Assembly: GCA_965198065.1 (NCBI GenBank)
Contig: CBDAON010000004.1
Location: forward strand, 2,144,001 to 2,208,000
Direction of reading: 5' to 3'
DNA: 64,000 bases
From: Longimicrobiales bacterium
Lineage (GTDB): Bacteria > Gemmatimonadota > Gemmatimonadetes > Longimicrobiales > Gaopeijiaceae
Shown here: positions 49,600 through 60,089 of the stretch, one piece after another
Layout of the letters: each line of letters starts with the position of its first letter
Position numbering within the stretch: position 1 is the first letter of the stretch
The notes under the pieces: generated by a model
The model's database searches: none
What the model was told of the DNA's origin: nothing
What the model saw: the letters and a program-made list of their open reading frames with translations, nothing else
Translations under genes and position numbers: made by a program

Positions 49600-49977
49600 T
49601 CAGCCCACTTCCTCGAGCTCCTTCTTGGATCTCGTGTGAATAGGGCTCGCATCCCTCCACAGGCCCTCGATCTGATCACGGACCCTCCGCACCTTAGCCT
49701 CCAGGGGCTGATCCTGGAGGTGGTACCGCGCGGCGCTCAGAGCCCGATAGGCGCGCCACAAAGCGGATGACGCCGGGGTCTGCTCGTGGCTCCGGCGCTT
49801 TTCTCCGCGAACGCGGGCCAGCACCCAATCCGTCATCTCTTCATCGAGGAGCAAGACGTCTCCCTCGGTCTTGGACTCCTTCGTAACGAACTTCTGCAGC
49901 TTCTTCTTGAAGCTCTTCGGTACCCCCGCCACCACGTACACGGACAGATCGTCCCTCTCCAGCATTTCCGAAGCCAT
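49600..49977 (-). CDS. Hypothetical protein
   Basis: 125-aa ORF with a GGAGG RBS and charged, protein-like composition. Confidence 0.65.
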   Translation of the reverse strand: MASEMLERDDLSVYVVAGVPKSFKKKLQKFVTKESKTEGDVLLLDEEMTDWVLARVRGEKRRSHEQTPASSALWRAYRALSAARYHLQDQPLEAKVRRVRDQIEGLWRDASPIHTRSKKELEEVG

Positions 49978-50040
49978 CGGACCTCCGGTTGTCTTCCAGT
50001 GATTGTCAACCGGGATCCCGGCGCCGCCGGCGCCGAGTCA

Positions 50041-51177
50041 CTACAGGACCTCCGCGAGGTCCGCCGCGAGCAAGCCGGCCTGCCACGCCCGAATCCCGGG
50101 GACGCGACCCAAGCTCTCCGCCGATGACGGCGGGCTCTCAGCCAGGAGCTGAAGCACCGAGTTCGCGAGGAGCGTACCCTTGTCGATGCCCAGCTCCGAG
50201 GCGCTGGCGTTCCTCACCGCCTTGAGCCTGGCGAGGCGGGCCTCGACCTCCGGTGCGGGACGTCGCCCGGATCCGTTCCCTCTGCGCGGCGTCCGGGGAT
50301 AGCCCCGAATCTCAACGTCCGGCGCTCGATCTACGCTCCGCAGGCTAACGAGGAGCTCCTCACCGCTTCGACGGGCCAGACGGGCACTCATGCCCGGAAT
50401 CTTCTCGAGCTCGCGAATCGAGCCGGGTGACCGCTTCGCCACTTCCAGAAGGACCGTGTCTCCCGCCACCCGGAAGAGCGCCCGATCCTGCTCCTTCGCG
50501 ATGCGATTCCGCCACTCGAGCGCCTCCCGAAGGCGCGCGACCTGTCTTGGCTCCAGCTCTCGGGCCGGTCGGACCCGGGTCACGGGATCGCCGTTCGGCT
50601 CCTCCTCGAAGCGCACCTTCTCGAGTTCGCGGAACTCCTCCTTGGCCCACGCCACGCGGCCCTTCTCCTCCAGTTCACGCAAAAGATGCTCCCGGAGCTC
50701 CACGAGGTACGCGGTGTCTTGTGCGGCGTACTCCCTCATGGGATCGGGTATGGGGCGTTCGGCCCAGTCCGCTTTCTGGTATTTCTTCGACACCTGGACC
50801 CCCAGGCGCTCCCTGAGGAGGGGAGAGAGCCCGATGCCCTGGGCTCCGACAAGCGACGCGGCGATCTGTGTGTCGAAGAGGCCGGTCACACCGATCCCGA
50901 GATCCCGATGCACCAGTCGGACGTCGAAGTCCGCCCCGTGCATGACCAGCTCGACTCCGGGGTCCTCAAGCGCCGCCTTCAAATGGGGCGCCGGGTCTAC
51001 CGAGAGCGGATCGATGAGGAAGGTCAGCGATCCGACCGTGACCTGGAGAAGGCAAAGGCGGTCGGAGTACCGATGGTAGCCCGCGGCCTCGCAGTCCAGC
51101 CCAATCCGGTTCGTGGTGGACAGGGCAGCGCCCACGGAGTTAAGCCCCTCGCGGCCCTCGACATATCGGATCTCCAT
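50041..51177 (-). CDS. rnd: Ribonuclease D (DEDD exonuclease + two HRDC domains)
   Basis: LDCE, HGADFD, FDTQIAA, DWAERP, YAAQD. Confidence 0.9.
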   Translation of the reverse strand: MEIRYVEGREGLNSVGAALSTTNRIGLDCEAAGYHRYSDRLCLLQVTVGSLTFLIDPLSVDPAPHLKAALEDPGVELVMHGADFDVRLVHRDLGIGVTGLFDTQIAASLVGAQGIGLSPLLRERLGVQVSKKYQKADWAERPIPDPMREYAAQDTAYLVELREHLLRELEEKGRVAWAKEEFRELEKVRFEEEPNGDPVTRVRPARELEPRQVARLREALEWRNRIAKEQDRALFRVAGDTVLLEVAKRSPGSIRELEKIPGMSARLARRSGEELLVSLRSVDRAPDVEIRGYPRTPRRGNGSGRRPAPEVEARLARLKAVRNASASELGIDKGTLLANSVLQLLAESPPSSAESLGRVPGIRAWQAGLLAADLAEVL

Positions 51178-51475
51178 CCCCTACCGTCCACCTCCGAGCG
51201 CGGGACCGGGAAATCGATGATTGATACACACTTCCGGGCCCTTTGTTCCGCTCAATCAGGGGCGTCCGGCCGGGCACTCCATGCGGCCGGTAGCGGGTCA
51301 AAACGACCCATGACCGGGGCGGTCGGGGTGGGGTTGCATCGGGGCATCCAGGCGCCGCAACTTCGCTTTCGCCTTCTCTGCGCTCGTCACCGGCCCGGCT
51401 CCGAGCGAAGCTCCACATGGGTAGGGTGACCGGTGCCGAACCCCTGCAGGACGACCCCGACAGAGGCGGTGCCCC

Positions 51476-52811
51476 ATGCTCCGCACGAAAGTCGTCTGCA
51501 CGATCGGGCCCGCGACGACCGGCCCCGCAGAGATCCTAGCCCTTGCGGAGGGCGGGATGGACGTCGCGCGTCTGAACCTGTCTCACGGGGACCACGTGCA
51601 TCACCGGAGCGTGATCCGGGCCGTCCGGGAAGCCGCGGAGGCGACCGGGCGCCCGAGTCACGTTTGCCTCCGAGACGGCGGCCGGAGAGGGCGAGATTCC
51701 CACCACCTACGCTGGGCTCGCCGAGGATGTGCGGGCCGGCGACCGGATCCTCGTGGACGACGGCCTCTTGGACCTGGAGTGCGAGGCGGCCGAGGGGGAG
51801 CGCGTGACGCTCAGGGTTGTGAGAGGGGGCCTTCTCAGGTCCGGAAAGGGGATCAACATCCCGGCACGGGCGCTCTCCATCCCCAGCATCACCGCGAAGG
51901 ACGAGGACGATCTGGATTTTGTGCTCGGGGAGGGGGTGGAGTACGTCGGGCTCTCCTTCGTGCGGCGCGCCGCGGACGTGCGCGGGCTCCGCGAGCGCGT
52001 GGGCGGCCGCGCCCTTCTCGTGGCCAAGATCGAGCTCGCGCAGGCCCTCGCCCACGTCGACGAGATCCTAGAGGCCTCAGATCTGGTAATGGTCGCCCGC
52101 GGAGATCTCGGGGTCGAGCTCCCGTTCGAGGAGGTGCCGCTCGCGCAGAAGCGGATCATCCAGAAGGCGAACCTGCACGCCCGTCCCGTGATCACGGCCA
52201 CGCAGATGCTCGAGTCCATGATCGAGCACGCGCGCCCCACGCGGGCGGAGGCGTCGGATGCCGCGAACGCGGTGCTGGACGGCACCGACGCCGTGATGCT
52301 GTCGGGTGAAACGGCGGTGGGCAGCTATCCCCTGCTCGCGCTCGAGGCCATCGTTCGCATCGCGCGGGAGATCGAGCGGAGCGGCGTCCTCGAGCGGGGG
52401 CCAAGGCATCTGGACGACCCTCGGCACGAGGCGCGGCTCGGCGCTTCCCGTCGCGAGCACGCGGTCGCGCTGGCGGCCGTGGACGCCGCTCGTCACCTGG
52501 AGGCGCCCGCGGTGCTCGTGATCACTCGGAGCGGCTTCTCGGCCCGCCTCGTGTCGTCCCACCGGCCTCCCGCTCCCATCTTCGCGGTCACGACCGAGCC
52601 GGAGACCTACCGACAGCTCGCCGCCGTCTGGGGCGTACGACCTCTCCTGGCCCGGGAACGGGAAGTCAGTTATGAATCGCTCAGCGCGTTCGGGAAGCGG
52701 GCGATCCTGGAGGCGCGAACGGGCCGAGAGGGCGACTCGATTGTGCTCACGTCAGGGTACCCGTTCCATGAGCCGGGAACCACGAACACACTGAGGGTGG
52801 AGCTCCTCTGA
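51476..52811 (+). pseudogene. pyk: Pyruvate kinase with an internal frame-shifting deletion at ~51655
   Basis: [11 protein letters not shown]...RLNLSHG in one frame; [34 protein letters not shown] in another. The DxxGPKIR segment is absent. Confidence 0.85.
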
Positions 52812-52883
52812 CTCGCTCGTCGTGGCAGACGTAGCGCGGCCCGCCGCGATCGTGCTGGGAACCCCCCGGAAGGGCGACGGCCG

Positions 52884-53684
52884 GTGAGGCTCACGTTTCT
52901 CGGGACCGGTACGTCGTTCGGGATCCCGGTCGTGGGGTGCGGCTGCCGGGTGTGCTCCTCGGGCGACCCTCGTGATCGACGCACCCGGCACGCGGCCCTC
53001 CTCTCGTTCGGCGACGGACGGCGGGTGCTGATCGACACGCCTCCCGAGCTCCGGCTCCAGCTCCTCCGTGAGGCGGTGGATCGGATCGACGCCGTATGGT
53101 TCACCCACGTCCACGCCGATCACCTGCACGGGATCGATGACCTTCGCATCTTCTCGCTCCGGTCCGGTCGCGCGGTGCCCGCGCACGCATCCATGGAGGC
53201 ACGGAGGGTCTTGGAGCACCGTTACGACTACATCTTTGATCTCGCGCAGCTTCCAGAACGCGGCACGTCGAAGCCGCAGATCACGCTCCACACGATCGAG
53301 CGAGGGCGAGTCGAACGCGTGGCTGGTGAACCGTTCACGCCGCTCGAGGTCCCGCACGGCTCGATCCGGGTGATGGGGTTCCGGGTCGGCGCGCTGGGGT
53401 ACGTGACCGATGCGAAGAAGCTCCCGCCCGCGACGGTTGACGCGCTCCGGGGAGTCCGTGTTCTCGTTCTGAATGCTCTCTGGTGGGGAGATCCGCACCC
53501 GACGCACTTTAACGTCGAGGAGGCGCTCGACACGGCGCGTTTGATCGGAGCGCGACAGACGTTCCTGACCCACCTCACGCACCGGGTCGCGCACGCCGAG
53601 CTTGAGGCGAACCTCCCGTCCGGGGTCGCTCCCGCGTACGACGGACTCTCGGTCGAAGTGCCGGGGACCGAAGGGGAGCCATGA
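52884..53684 (+). CDS. MBL-fold metallo-hydrolase (PhnP-like)
   Basis: FLGTGTSFGIP, CGCRVC, THVHADHLHG. Confidence 0.9.
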   Translation: MRLTFLGTGTSFGIPVVGCGCRVCSSGDPRDRRTRHAALLSFGDGRRVLIDTPPELRLQLLREAVDRIDAVWFTHVHADHLHGIDDLRIFSLRSGRAVPAHASMEARRVLEHRYDYIFDLAQLPERGTSKPQITLHTIERGRVERVAGEPFTPLEVPHGSIRVMGFRVGALGYVTDAKKLPPATVDALRGVRVLVLNALWWGDPHPTHFNVEEALDTARLIGARQTFLTHLTHRVAHAELEANLPSGVAPAYDGLSVEVPGTEGEP

Positions 53685-55084
53685 CTCTCGTTCGACTCCA
53701 GCCCGCGAACATGCTCGCATCGGCGCTCGGCTCCTCCGGGACCCGGGACACGCGGCTGGACGGCGACCTGGCCGCCCGATTCGATGAGGCGCACGCCGCG
53801 GTCACGACCCGACGCAGTGCGGGCGCGATGGGGTTCTACGACCTCCCCTACGACCGTGATGCCGCGACGCAAGTCCAGGAGGTCGCGGATTCCTTCGGGC
53901 AGTGGTTTCAGTCGTTCGTGGTTGTCGGCATCGGGGGGTCGAGCCTCGGCGCGCGGGCCATCGGCGATGCGCTGCGGGGGCCGCTGTGGAACGAGCGCTC
54001 CCCGGAGGGGCGAGAGCACTTCCCGCGGCTCTATTTCCTCGAGAACGCCGATCCCGACACGCTCCACGCCCTCTTGGACCACCTGGACCTGCGCACGACG
54101 CTCTTCAACGTGGTGAGCAAGTCCGGGTCGACGGTCGAGACGATGGCCCAATACCTGATTCTCGAGGAGGCGCTGGGGCGGGTCGTGGAGGCCGATCGGC
54201 TCCGGGCGCACCTCCTCTTCACGACCGACGCGTCGGATGGAGCTCTACGCCACCTCGCGCAAAAGCTGGGCGTCCCCGCGCTGGCCATTCCTCCCACGGT
54301 GGGGGGCCGATACTCCGTACTCTCTAGCGTGGGGCTCCTTCCGGCGGCGGTGGTTGGAGTCGATGTCGGAGACCTCCTCTCTGGGGCGGCGGAGATGGAG
54401 GCGCTCTGTCGCGCGCCGTCCCTTCGCGAGAATCCGGCGGGGCTCTTCGCGACGCTCCTCCATGTGGCTCACGTGGAGCGGGGGCAGTCGATCCACGTGT
54501 TGATGCCCTACTCGGATCGGCTTCGAACCTTCGCACTCTGGCTCCGGCAGCTCTGGGCGGAGTCGCTGGGGAAGGCTCACGACCGGGAGGGACGGCTCGT
54601 CGAGACCGGCCCCACGCCACTCGCGGCCGTGGGCGCTGTGGACCAGCACTCCATCCTCCAGCTCCTGATGGAAGGACCCCGGGACAAAGTCGTGTGCCTC
54701 TTCCGCGTCCGCGAGCGGGAGCATCCGATGGACATCCCCAGGCTCCACTCAGAGCTTTCCGTGCCGGCCCGCCTCGGCGGGCACACTTTGGAAGCCCTCC
54801 TCGAGAACGAGCGACGCGCCACAGCCGAGGCTCTCCGGGAGGCGGGGCGGCCCTCCCTCTCGATCGAGGTCGAGCGCCTCGATGCGCGATCGCTGGGTGC
54901 CCTCTTCATGCTGTTCGAGATCGCGACCGCGTACGCGGGGGAGCTCTACGGCGTGGACCCGCTGAACCAGCCCGGGGTCGAGCTGGGGAAGACGATCACG
55001 AATCGAATGCTCGCGGCGGCGGCCGACTGGCCGGCGGGGCCCCAGCACGAGTCCCATGAGGGGGGAGGAGATCCCTCCGGCTGA
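53681..55084 (+). CDS. pgi: Glucose-6-phosphate isomerase
   Basis: GIGGSSLG, SKSGSTVET, VGGRYS, QLWAESLGK, DQHS, NQPGVELGK. Confidence 0.93.
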   Translation: MTLVRLQPANMLASALGSSGTRDTRLDGDLAARFDEAHAAVTTRRSAGAMGFYDLPYDRDAATQVQEVADSFGQWFQSFVVVGIGGSSLGARAIGDALRGPLWNERSPEGREHFPRLYFLENADPDTLHALLDHLDLRTTLFNVVSKSGSTVETMAQYLILEEALGRVVEADRLRAHLLFTTDASDGALRHLAQKLGVPALAIPPTVGGRYSVLSSVGLLPAAVVGVDVGDLLSGAAEMEALCRAPSLRENPAGLFATLLHVAHVERGQSIHVLMPYSDRLRTFALWLRQLWAESLGKAHDREGRLVETGPTPLAAVGAVDQHSILQLLMEGPRDKVVCLFRVREREHPMDIPRLHSELSVPARLGGHTLEALLENERRATAEALREAGRPSLSIEVERLDARSLGALFMLFEIATAYAGELYGVDPLNQPGVELGKTITNRMLAAAADWPAGPQHESHEGGGDPSG

Positions 55085-55175
55085 TAAGGAACTCCGTCCG
55101 CGTGACATGGTAGTACCACCGCCGCCGGGACCCCGGCCGCCGACCCGTCCGAAGCCGAGTTCTGGAGATCGAGCC

Positions 55176-55586
55176 ATGCGCGACCGCGACGACGCACCGT
55201 ACATCGTGGTGGAAAGGGAACACAGCGGAGGCGTCGGTGCCTTCATACTGGGAGCGCTGCTCGGCGCGGGAGTGGCCCTGCTTCTCGCGCCCCGATCCGG
55301 GGCGGAAACCCAGCAGCAGATCCGGGAAGGGGCGGCGAAGATCCGCGATGCGGCGGAGGAAAAGGTCCGAGAGGTCCAGCGCCAGCTCGAGGGCCGGCTC
55401 GAGAATGCCCGTGCGGAGGTCAGAGGCCGGGTGGAGCAGGTCAGGGAGGCGGTCGAGGCGGGACGCGAGGCCGCACAGGACGCGAGGGCCGAGCTGGAGA
55501 GCCGGATCGAACGGTCCAAGGCCGCGTATCGGGCGGGGACGGAGGATGCCGGCGGGGCTTCCGTGGAGGAGCCGGAGGAGAGCTGA
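55176..55586 (+). CDS. YtxH-domain protein
   Basis: FILGALLGAGVALLLAPRSGAET followed by a coiled coil. Confidence 0.85.
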   Translation: MRDRDDAPYIVVEREHSGGVGAFILGALLGAGVALLLAPRSGAETQQQIREGAAKIRDAAEEKVREVQRQLEGRLENARAEVRGRVEQVREAVEAGREAAQDARAELESRIERSKAAYRAGTEDAGGASVEEPEES

Positions 55587-56501
55587 CCCCGCTCCCACAC
55601 GAGCGGACGGAAGGCAGCCCGAGCGTCGTCGGATCCATCGGGTCCGAGTCGGCCCTCTTCCTGCGCGAGCTGCGGATCCGATCCATCGAGTCCGATCTGT
55701 TCTTCATGGCCGGCGCCATCACGTTCAACGTGCTGGTGGCGATCGTCCCCTTCCTTCTCGTGGCCGTCGGCATCGGGAGCTTCCTCGCGGCCGCCCGGAT
55801 CGGTGAGGGCCCGAACCAGCTGCTGGATGTCGTCCTCTCATATCTTCCTGCGCTCCAGGGAGACGCGGACCTGGTCGAGCCCCTGGGGCGGCTCCTTGAG
55901 GAAATCGTAGCCGAGCGAGCCGGCTTCTCCCTGCTCGGAGCACTCGTCCTTCTCTGGACATCGACCCGCCTCGTGGCCTGCCTCCGGATCGCGCTCCGGG
56001 ACGTCTTCGAGCTGGAGCGCCATCGTGGGCTCCTGGCCGGCAAGGCGTTCGATCTCGTCACGGTCATCGTCGCGGGAGGGCTCCTGCTCCTGAACGTGGG
56101 GATCACGGTAGGGGCGCGGACGCTCCAGGCCATGGGGATCGTGGTGCTGGGAATCGGGGGGACCGCGGCGGCGTTCCTCCAGAACGCAACGGGCCTGTTC
56201 CTCTCGGTGGCCTCGGCGTGGGTGCTCTTCTTCCTCGTCTACTGGAAGGTTCCGGCCGGTCGGATCCCCTTTCGCACGGCCGCGGTGGGCGCGACCTTTA
56301 CCGCGGTGGCATACGAGCTGATGAAAGGGCGGCTTCGCCTGGTTCGCGACCTCGGTGGCCGACTATTCGAGCGTGTACGGAAACCTCGCGGTGGCCGCCA
56401 TCCTCTTCTTCTGGATCTATTACAGCGCGGTCGTGTTCATCCTGGGAGGCCAGGTGGCGCGGGTCTACGAGATCAGGAGCGCGTCCTCGGCAGCAAGCTA
56501 G
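55583..56501 (+). pseudogene. YihY/BrkB-family membrane protein, frameshifted at ~56327
   Basis: AGAITF...P motif. Removing one G in AAAGGGCGG restores GGFAWF...YSSVYGNL...WIYYSAVVFILG, ending at the TAG at 56501. Start uncertain. Confidence 0.78.
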
Positions 56502-56505
56502 GAGC

Positions 56506-56970
56506 ATGGCGGACGAGCCCTCCGGACGTCGGGTCATCGCCACGAACCGCAAGGCTCGTCACGAGTACGAGATCCTCGATACCTGGGAAGCGGGTCTCGT
56601 CCTCGCCGGCCCGGAGGTGAAATCGATACGCGCGGGTCACGTGTCCTTCACGGACACGTTCGCTCGTGTGGACGGGGGCGAGGTCTGGATCTACAATCTG
56701 CACATCTCGCCGTACGATCCCGCGAGCCGATGGAACCTGGACCCCGAGAGACCGCGGAAGCTCTTGCTCCACGGGCGCGAAATCCGAAAGCTGGTCGGTA
56801 GGGTGGAGGAGCGCGGCTTGTCCCTGATCCCCCTCGACGTCTACTTCAGAGGCGGATATGCCAAGACGACGCTCGCGCTGGGTCGAGGAAAGCGCTTGTA
56901 CGACAAGAGAGAGACGCTGAAGCGCCGGATCCAGGAGCGCGAGGCCCGGCGCCAGGAGAAGGACGATTGA
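56506..56970 (+). CDS. smpB: SsrA-binding protein
   Basis: NRKARHEY, EAGLVLAGPEVKSIR, RKLLLH, YDKRE. Confidence 0.96.
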   Translation: MADEPSGRRVIATNRKARHEYEILDTWEAGLVLAGPEVKSIRAGHVSFTDTFARVDGGEVWIYNLHISPYDPASRWNLDPERPRKLLLHGREIRKLVGRVEERGLSLIPLDVYFRGGYAKTTLALGRGKRLYDKRETLKRRIQEREARRQEKDD

Positions 56971-56975
56971 TCCGG

Positions 56976-58253
56976 ATGAGAGCCCCGGCTGTCCGCCCCC
57001 CGATCACCCTCCTCGCCTCCGCGTTTGTCGTTGCGGCCGTGTTCGAGCCGGCGGCCGGCCAGTCCTTCGAGTCGCTCCCGATTCACCTACCGGACGGGAT
57101 ACGGGCCTCCGTCCCCGTAGTGCGGCACCGGGACTATCCGGCCGTCCCGGCGGCGGCGCTTATCCCCCTGGGTTGGACCGTCGTGCTTGGGGCGGACCGG
57201 GTGGAAGCCGTGCTCCGCCACCCCGCCGGAGTCGAAATCTCCCTCGCCGCGGGCTCCCCGTTCATCCGGTGGAGCGGCGAGCTCGTCCAGCTCATGCACT
57301 CGCCCTACTGGTTCGGGGACACGCTGTACCTCCCCCTCCAACTGCTCGCGGACATCTTCCCGGCCGGGATGCCGGAGACCTACAGCTTCGACCCCGAAGA
57401 TCGGGTGCTCGAGGTGGCGGGTCCGTTCGGGGGCCCCGCTCCGGCTGCCCAGCCGGCTGGTGGGCCTCCCGCGCCCGGCGCCGCCGCGGCTGGGCCGAAC
57501 CCGCCTGTCCCCCCGGCGGTTCCGGACGGCCCCAGAGCGCCGCGCGTTGTGATCGTCGACCCGGGGCACGGCGGGTCGGACCCCGGCGCGGTCGGGGAGG
57601 GGGGCCTGAGAGAGAAGGACGTTGCGCTCGCCATCGCCCTCGCGCTGGCGCGGGAGCTCGCCCAGGATTCCGATATCGAGGTGCGGCTGACCCGGGACCG
57701 TGACGTGGACGTCCCGCTCTTGACCCGTGGAGAGTGGGCCACGGAGTGGAAGGGCGATCGGCCGGGCGTCTTCATCTCCCTCCATGCGAACGCGCTGACA
57801 GATCGCGAGGGGGTCCGTGGGTTCGAGACCTACTTCCTCTCTGAGGCGAGGGACGAGAGCGAGCGGCGGGTCGCCGCTCTGGAGAACGCGCCCCTGGCCG
57901 CTCTCTCCTCCGCTATGGACGTCGGATCCGGCGCGCAGGATCCGCTGCTCGGATCGATCCTGATGGATCTGGCGGCGTTCGATCACCCGCGCTGGTCCGC
58001 CGATCTGGCCCGACGGGTCCAGCAGGAGCTGGGCGGCTTCCACCTGGGCACCGATCGCGGCGTGAAGCAGGGGCCGTTTGCGGTGATCACAAGCGCCGTG
58101 ATGCCGTCGGTGCTCGTCGAGATCGGGTTCGTCACGAACCTCGAGGAGGAGCGACTGCTCTCTCGCCCGGAGTTCCACCGGGACGCGGCTCAGGCCCTGG
58201 CTCGCGCGGTCAGGGAGTTCTTCGGGGGCTACCCCCCCGGGCCAGCGGACTGA
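56976..58253 (+). CDS. N-acetylmuramoyl-L-alanine amidase (Amidase_3)
   Basis: Signal peptide; VDPGHGGSDPGA, EKD, ISLHAN, VLVEIGF. Confidence 0.9.
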   Translation: MRAPAVRPPITLLASAFVVAAVFEPAAGQSFESLPIHLPDGIRASVPVVRHRDYPAVPAAALIPLGWTVVLGADRVEAVLRHPAGVEISLAAGSPFIRWSGELVQLMHSPYWFGDTLYLPLQLLADIFPAGMPETYSFDPEDRVLEVAGPFGGPAPAAQPAGGPPAPGAAAAGPNPPVPPAVPDGPRAPRVVIVDPGHGGSDPGAVGEGGLREKDVALAIALALARELAQDSDIEVRLTRDRDVDVPLLTRGEWATEWKGDRPGVFISLHANALTDREGVRGFETYFLSEARDESERRVAALENAPLAALSSAMDVGSGAQDPLLGSILMDLAAFDHPRWSADLARRVQQELGGFHLGTDRGVKQGPFAVITSAVMPSVLVEIGFVTNLEEERLLSRPEFHRDAAQALARAVREFFGGYPPGPAD

Positions 58254-58256
58254 CGG

Positions 58257-60089
58257 GTGGACCTCGCGGTCGATCTCCTCGGCGTCCGGTTCAGGAACCC
58301 TGTCCTCCTCGCCGCCGGGACGTGCGGGTTCGGGGAGGAGGTCCAATCGGTCGTGGACCTCCAGGCGCTCGGAGGCCTGGTGACGAAGTCGGTCACGCTC
58401 GACGCCCGGTGGGGAAGCCCTCCGCCACGGGTCGCCGAGTTCCGCGCCGGCATGCTGAACTCCGTGGGCCTCGCGAACCCGGGGGCGCGCGCCGTTTTGG
58501 AGGAGAAGCTCCCGTGGATCCGGGACCACCTGGACGGGCTCCCGGTCTTCGTCAGCGTGGCCGGACATCGACCGGACGAGTATTGGGAAGTGGTCGAGAG
58601 GCTCGATCCGGGTCCCGCGTTCGTGGGCTTCGAGCTGAACCTCTCCTGTCCAAACGACGCCCGGCGGAGCGGGCTTCCGTTCGCCCTGGACCCGGACGCC
58701 CTCTTTCGGGTCGTGTCCGGCGTGAGGGAGCGGACTCGGCGACCGCTCCTGGCGAAGCTGGCCCCGAACACCGCGGATTGGGGTCCGGTGGTCCAGGCGG
58801 CGGAGGAGGGCGGAGCCGATGCGCTCACGATGGTGAACACGCTCCCCGGTCTTCTCCTGGACCCCCGGACCCGACGGCCCCTTCTCGGGGCCGGGGCCGG
58901 CGGCGTGAGCGGGCCTGCGCTCCGGGCTCTGGGGATGCATGCGGTCTGGACCGCCTCCCGCCTCACGCGCCTCCCGCTCCTCGGGGTTGGCGGGATCGCC
59001 ACGGGAGAAGACGCGGCTGAGTACGTCCTGGCCGGGGCCACGCTCGTACAGGTGGGCACAGCGTCCTTCTGGGACCCCCGGGCCCCGGGTCGAGTAGTGG
59101 AGGGGCTCCGGCGGTTCGGAGCTTCCCAGGGAGTCCGTCACATGGCCGACATCGTAGGGGGGGCCCTGCCGCCGGCCCGCCCACCGTCCGATCCGGCCGG
59201 TGAGGGTAGTCGTCCGGACCCGGCGCGGACCCGGAGCGAGCGGGTCGGGTCGCCGGACCGGAGCGGGGCGGCGTCCGGGCGACCTGGTACGACCGACTCG
59301 GGGTCCCCCCGCACGCCGGACACGGAGACCTCACGCGCGCCCGACACGGAAGCTGCCCGCACGACGGACATGGGGGGATCCCGCGTGGCTGAGCTAGTCG
59401 TCGCGCTGGACTTTCCGCGTCCAGCTTCCGCGCTAGCCCTCGTGGAGCGGCTCGGATCGGTTCCCCGCTCCTTCAAGGTCGGCCTCGAGCTCTTCACTGC
59501 GGGGGGGCCGGCCGTCGTGCGGGAGCTCGTGTCGAGGGGCGGGCGCGTGTTCCTGGATCTCAAGCTCCACGACATTCCCAACACAGTTGGCGGGGCGGCG
59601 GCCGCGGCCGCGGAGCTCGACGCGACCTACTTGACGGTGCACGCAGGGGGCGGCGGAAGGATGGTCGCCGCGGCGCGGCGCGCGGTGGAGGGCTCGGCGA
59701 CCCGAGTGCTGGCGGTGACGGTGCTGACCTCTCTGTCTGCCGAGGACCTTGCCGAGATCCGGGGCACAGGTGCCCCGGATCCCATGGAGGAGGCGGCCCG
59801 CTTGGCCCGACTCGCTGTGGACTCGGGTGCGCACGGCGTCGTGGCCTCGGTGGGGGAAGTCGCGGGTCTTCGGTCGGTGGTCGGGGCGGACGCGCTCATG
59901 GCGGCCCCGGGAATACGGCTTCCCGGCGACGAGGTTGACGACCAGAGGCGGGTTTTCGGCCCCGCGGAAGCCATCCACGCCGGAGCGGACCTTCTCGTAG
60001 TCGGGCGGCCGATCAGCCGGGCCTCCGATCCCGCCGCCGCGCTCGGGCGCTTCCTGTCCGCGATGCGGCCGGAGATGTCGGAGACATGA
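58257..60089 (+). CDS. pyrD-pyrF: Dihydroorotate dehydrogenase (family 1) in frame with orotidine-5'-phosphate decarboxylase
   Basis: GMLNSVGLANPG, ELNLSCPN, GGVSGPAL; low-complexity linker; then VALD, KVGLEL, FLDLKLHDIPNTV, PGIR, VVGRPI. The PyrF part starts at ~59385. Confidence 0.85.
   Translation: MDLAVDLLGVRFRNPVLLAAGTCGFGEEVQSVVDLQALGGLVTKSVTLDARWGSPPPRVAEFRAGMLNSVGLANPGARAVLEEKLPWIRDHLDGLPVFVSVAGHRPDEYWEVVERLDPGPAFVGFELNLSCPNDARRSGLPFALDPDALFRVVSGVRERTRRPLLAKLAPNTADWGPVVQAAEEGGADALTMVNTLPGLLLDPRTRRPLLGAGAGGVSGPALRALGMHAVWTASRLTRLPLLGVGGIATGEDAAEYVLAGATLVQVGTASFWDPRAPGRVVEGLRRFGASQGVRHMADIVGGALPPARPPSDPAGEGSRPDPARTRSERVGSPDRSGAASGRPGTTDSGSPRTPDTETSRAPDTEAARTTDMGGSRVAELVVALDFPRPASALALVERLGSVPRSFKVGLELFTAGGPAVVRELVSRGGRVFLDLKLHDIPNTVGGAAAAAAELDATYLTVHAGGGGRMVAAARRAVEGSATRVLAVTVLTSLSAEDLAEIRGTGAPDPMEEAARLARLAVDSGAHGVVASVGEVAGLRSVVGADALMAAPGIRLPGDEVDDQRRVFGPAEAIHAGADLLVVGRPISRASDPAAALGRFLSAMRPEMSET
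59286..59381 (+). repeat. Degenerate 24-nt tandem repeat x4 in the pyrD-pyrF linker
   Basis: GTTDSGSP/RTPDTETS/RAPDTEAA/RTTDMGGS. Confidence 0.65.

Noticed and set aside
51178..51475. Riboswitch or sRNA between rnd and pyk
   Set aside because: Only short hairpins such as GGGTCAAAACGACCC; consistent with an ordinary divergent promoter.
57087..59141. 684-aa minus-strand ORF, and similar ones such as 41216-43168 and 35008-36669
   Set aside because: They fully overlap well-supported genes, and stop codons are rare at this GC content.
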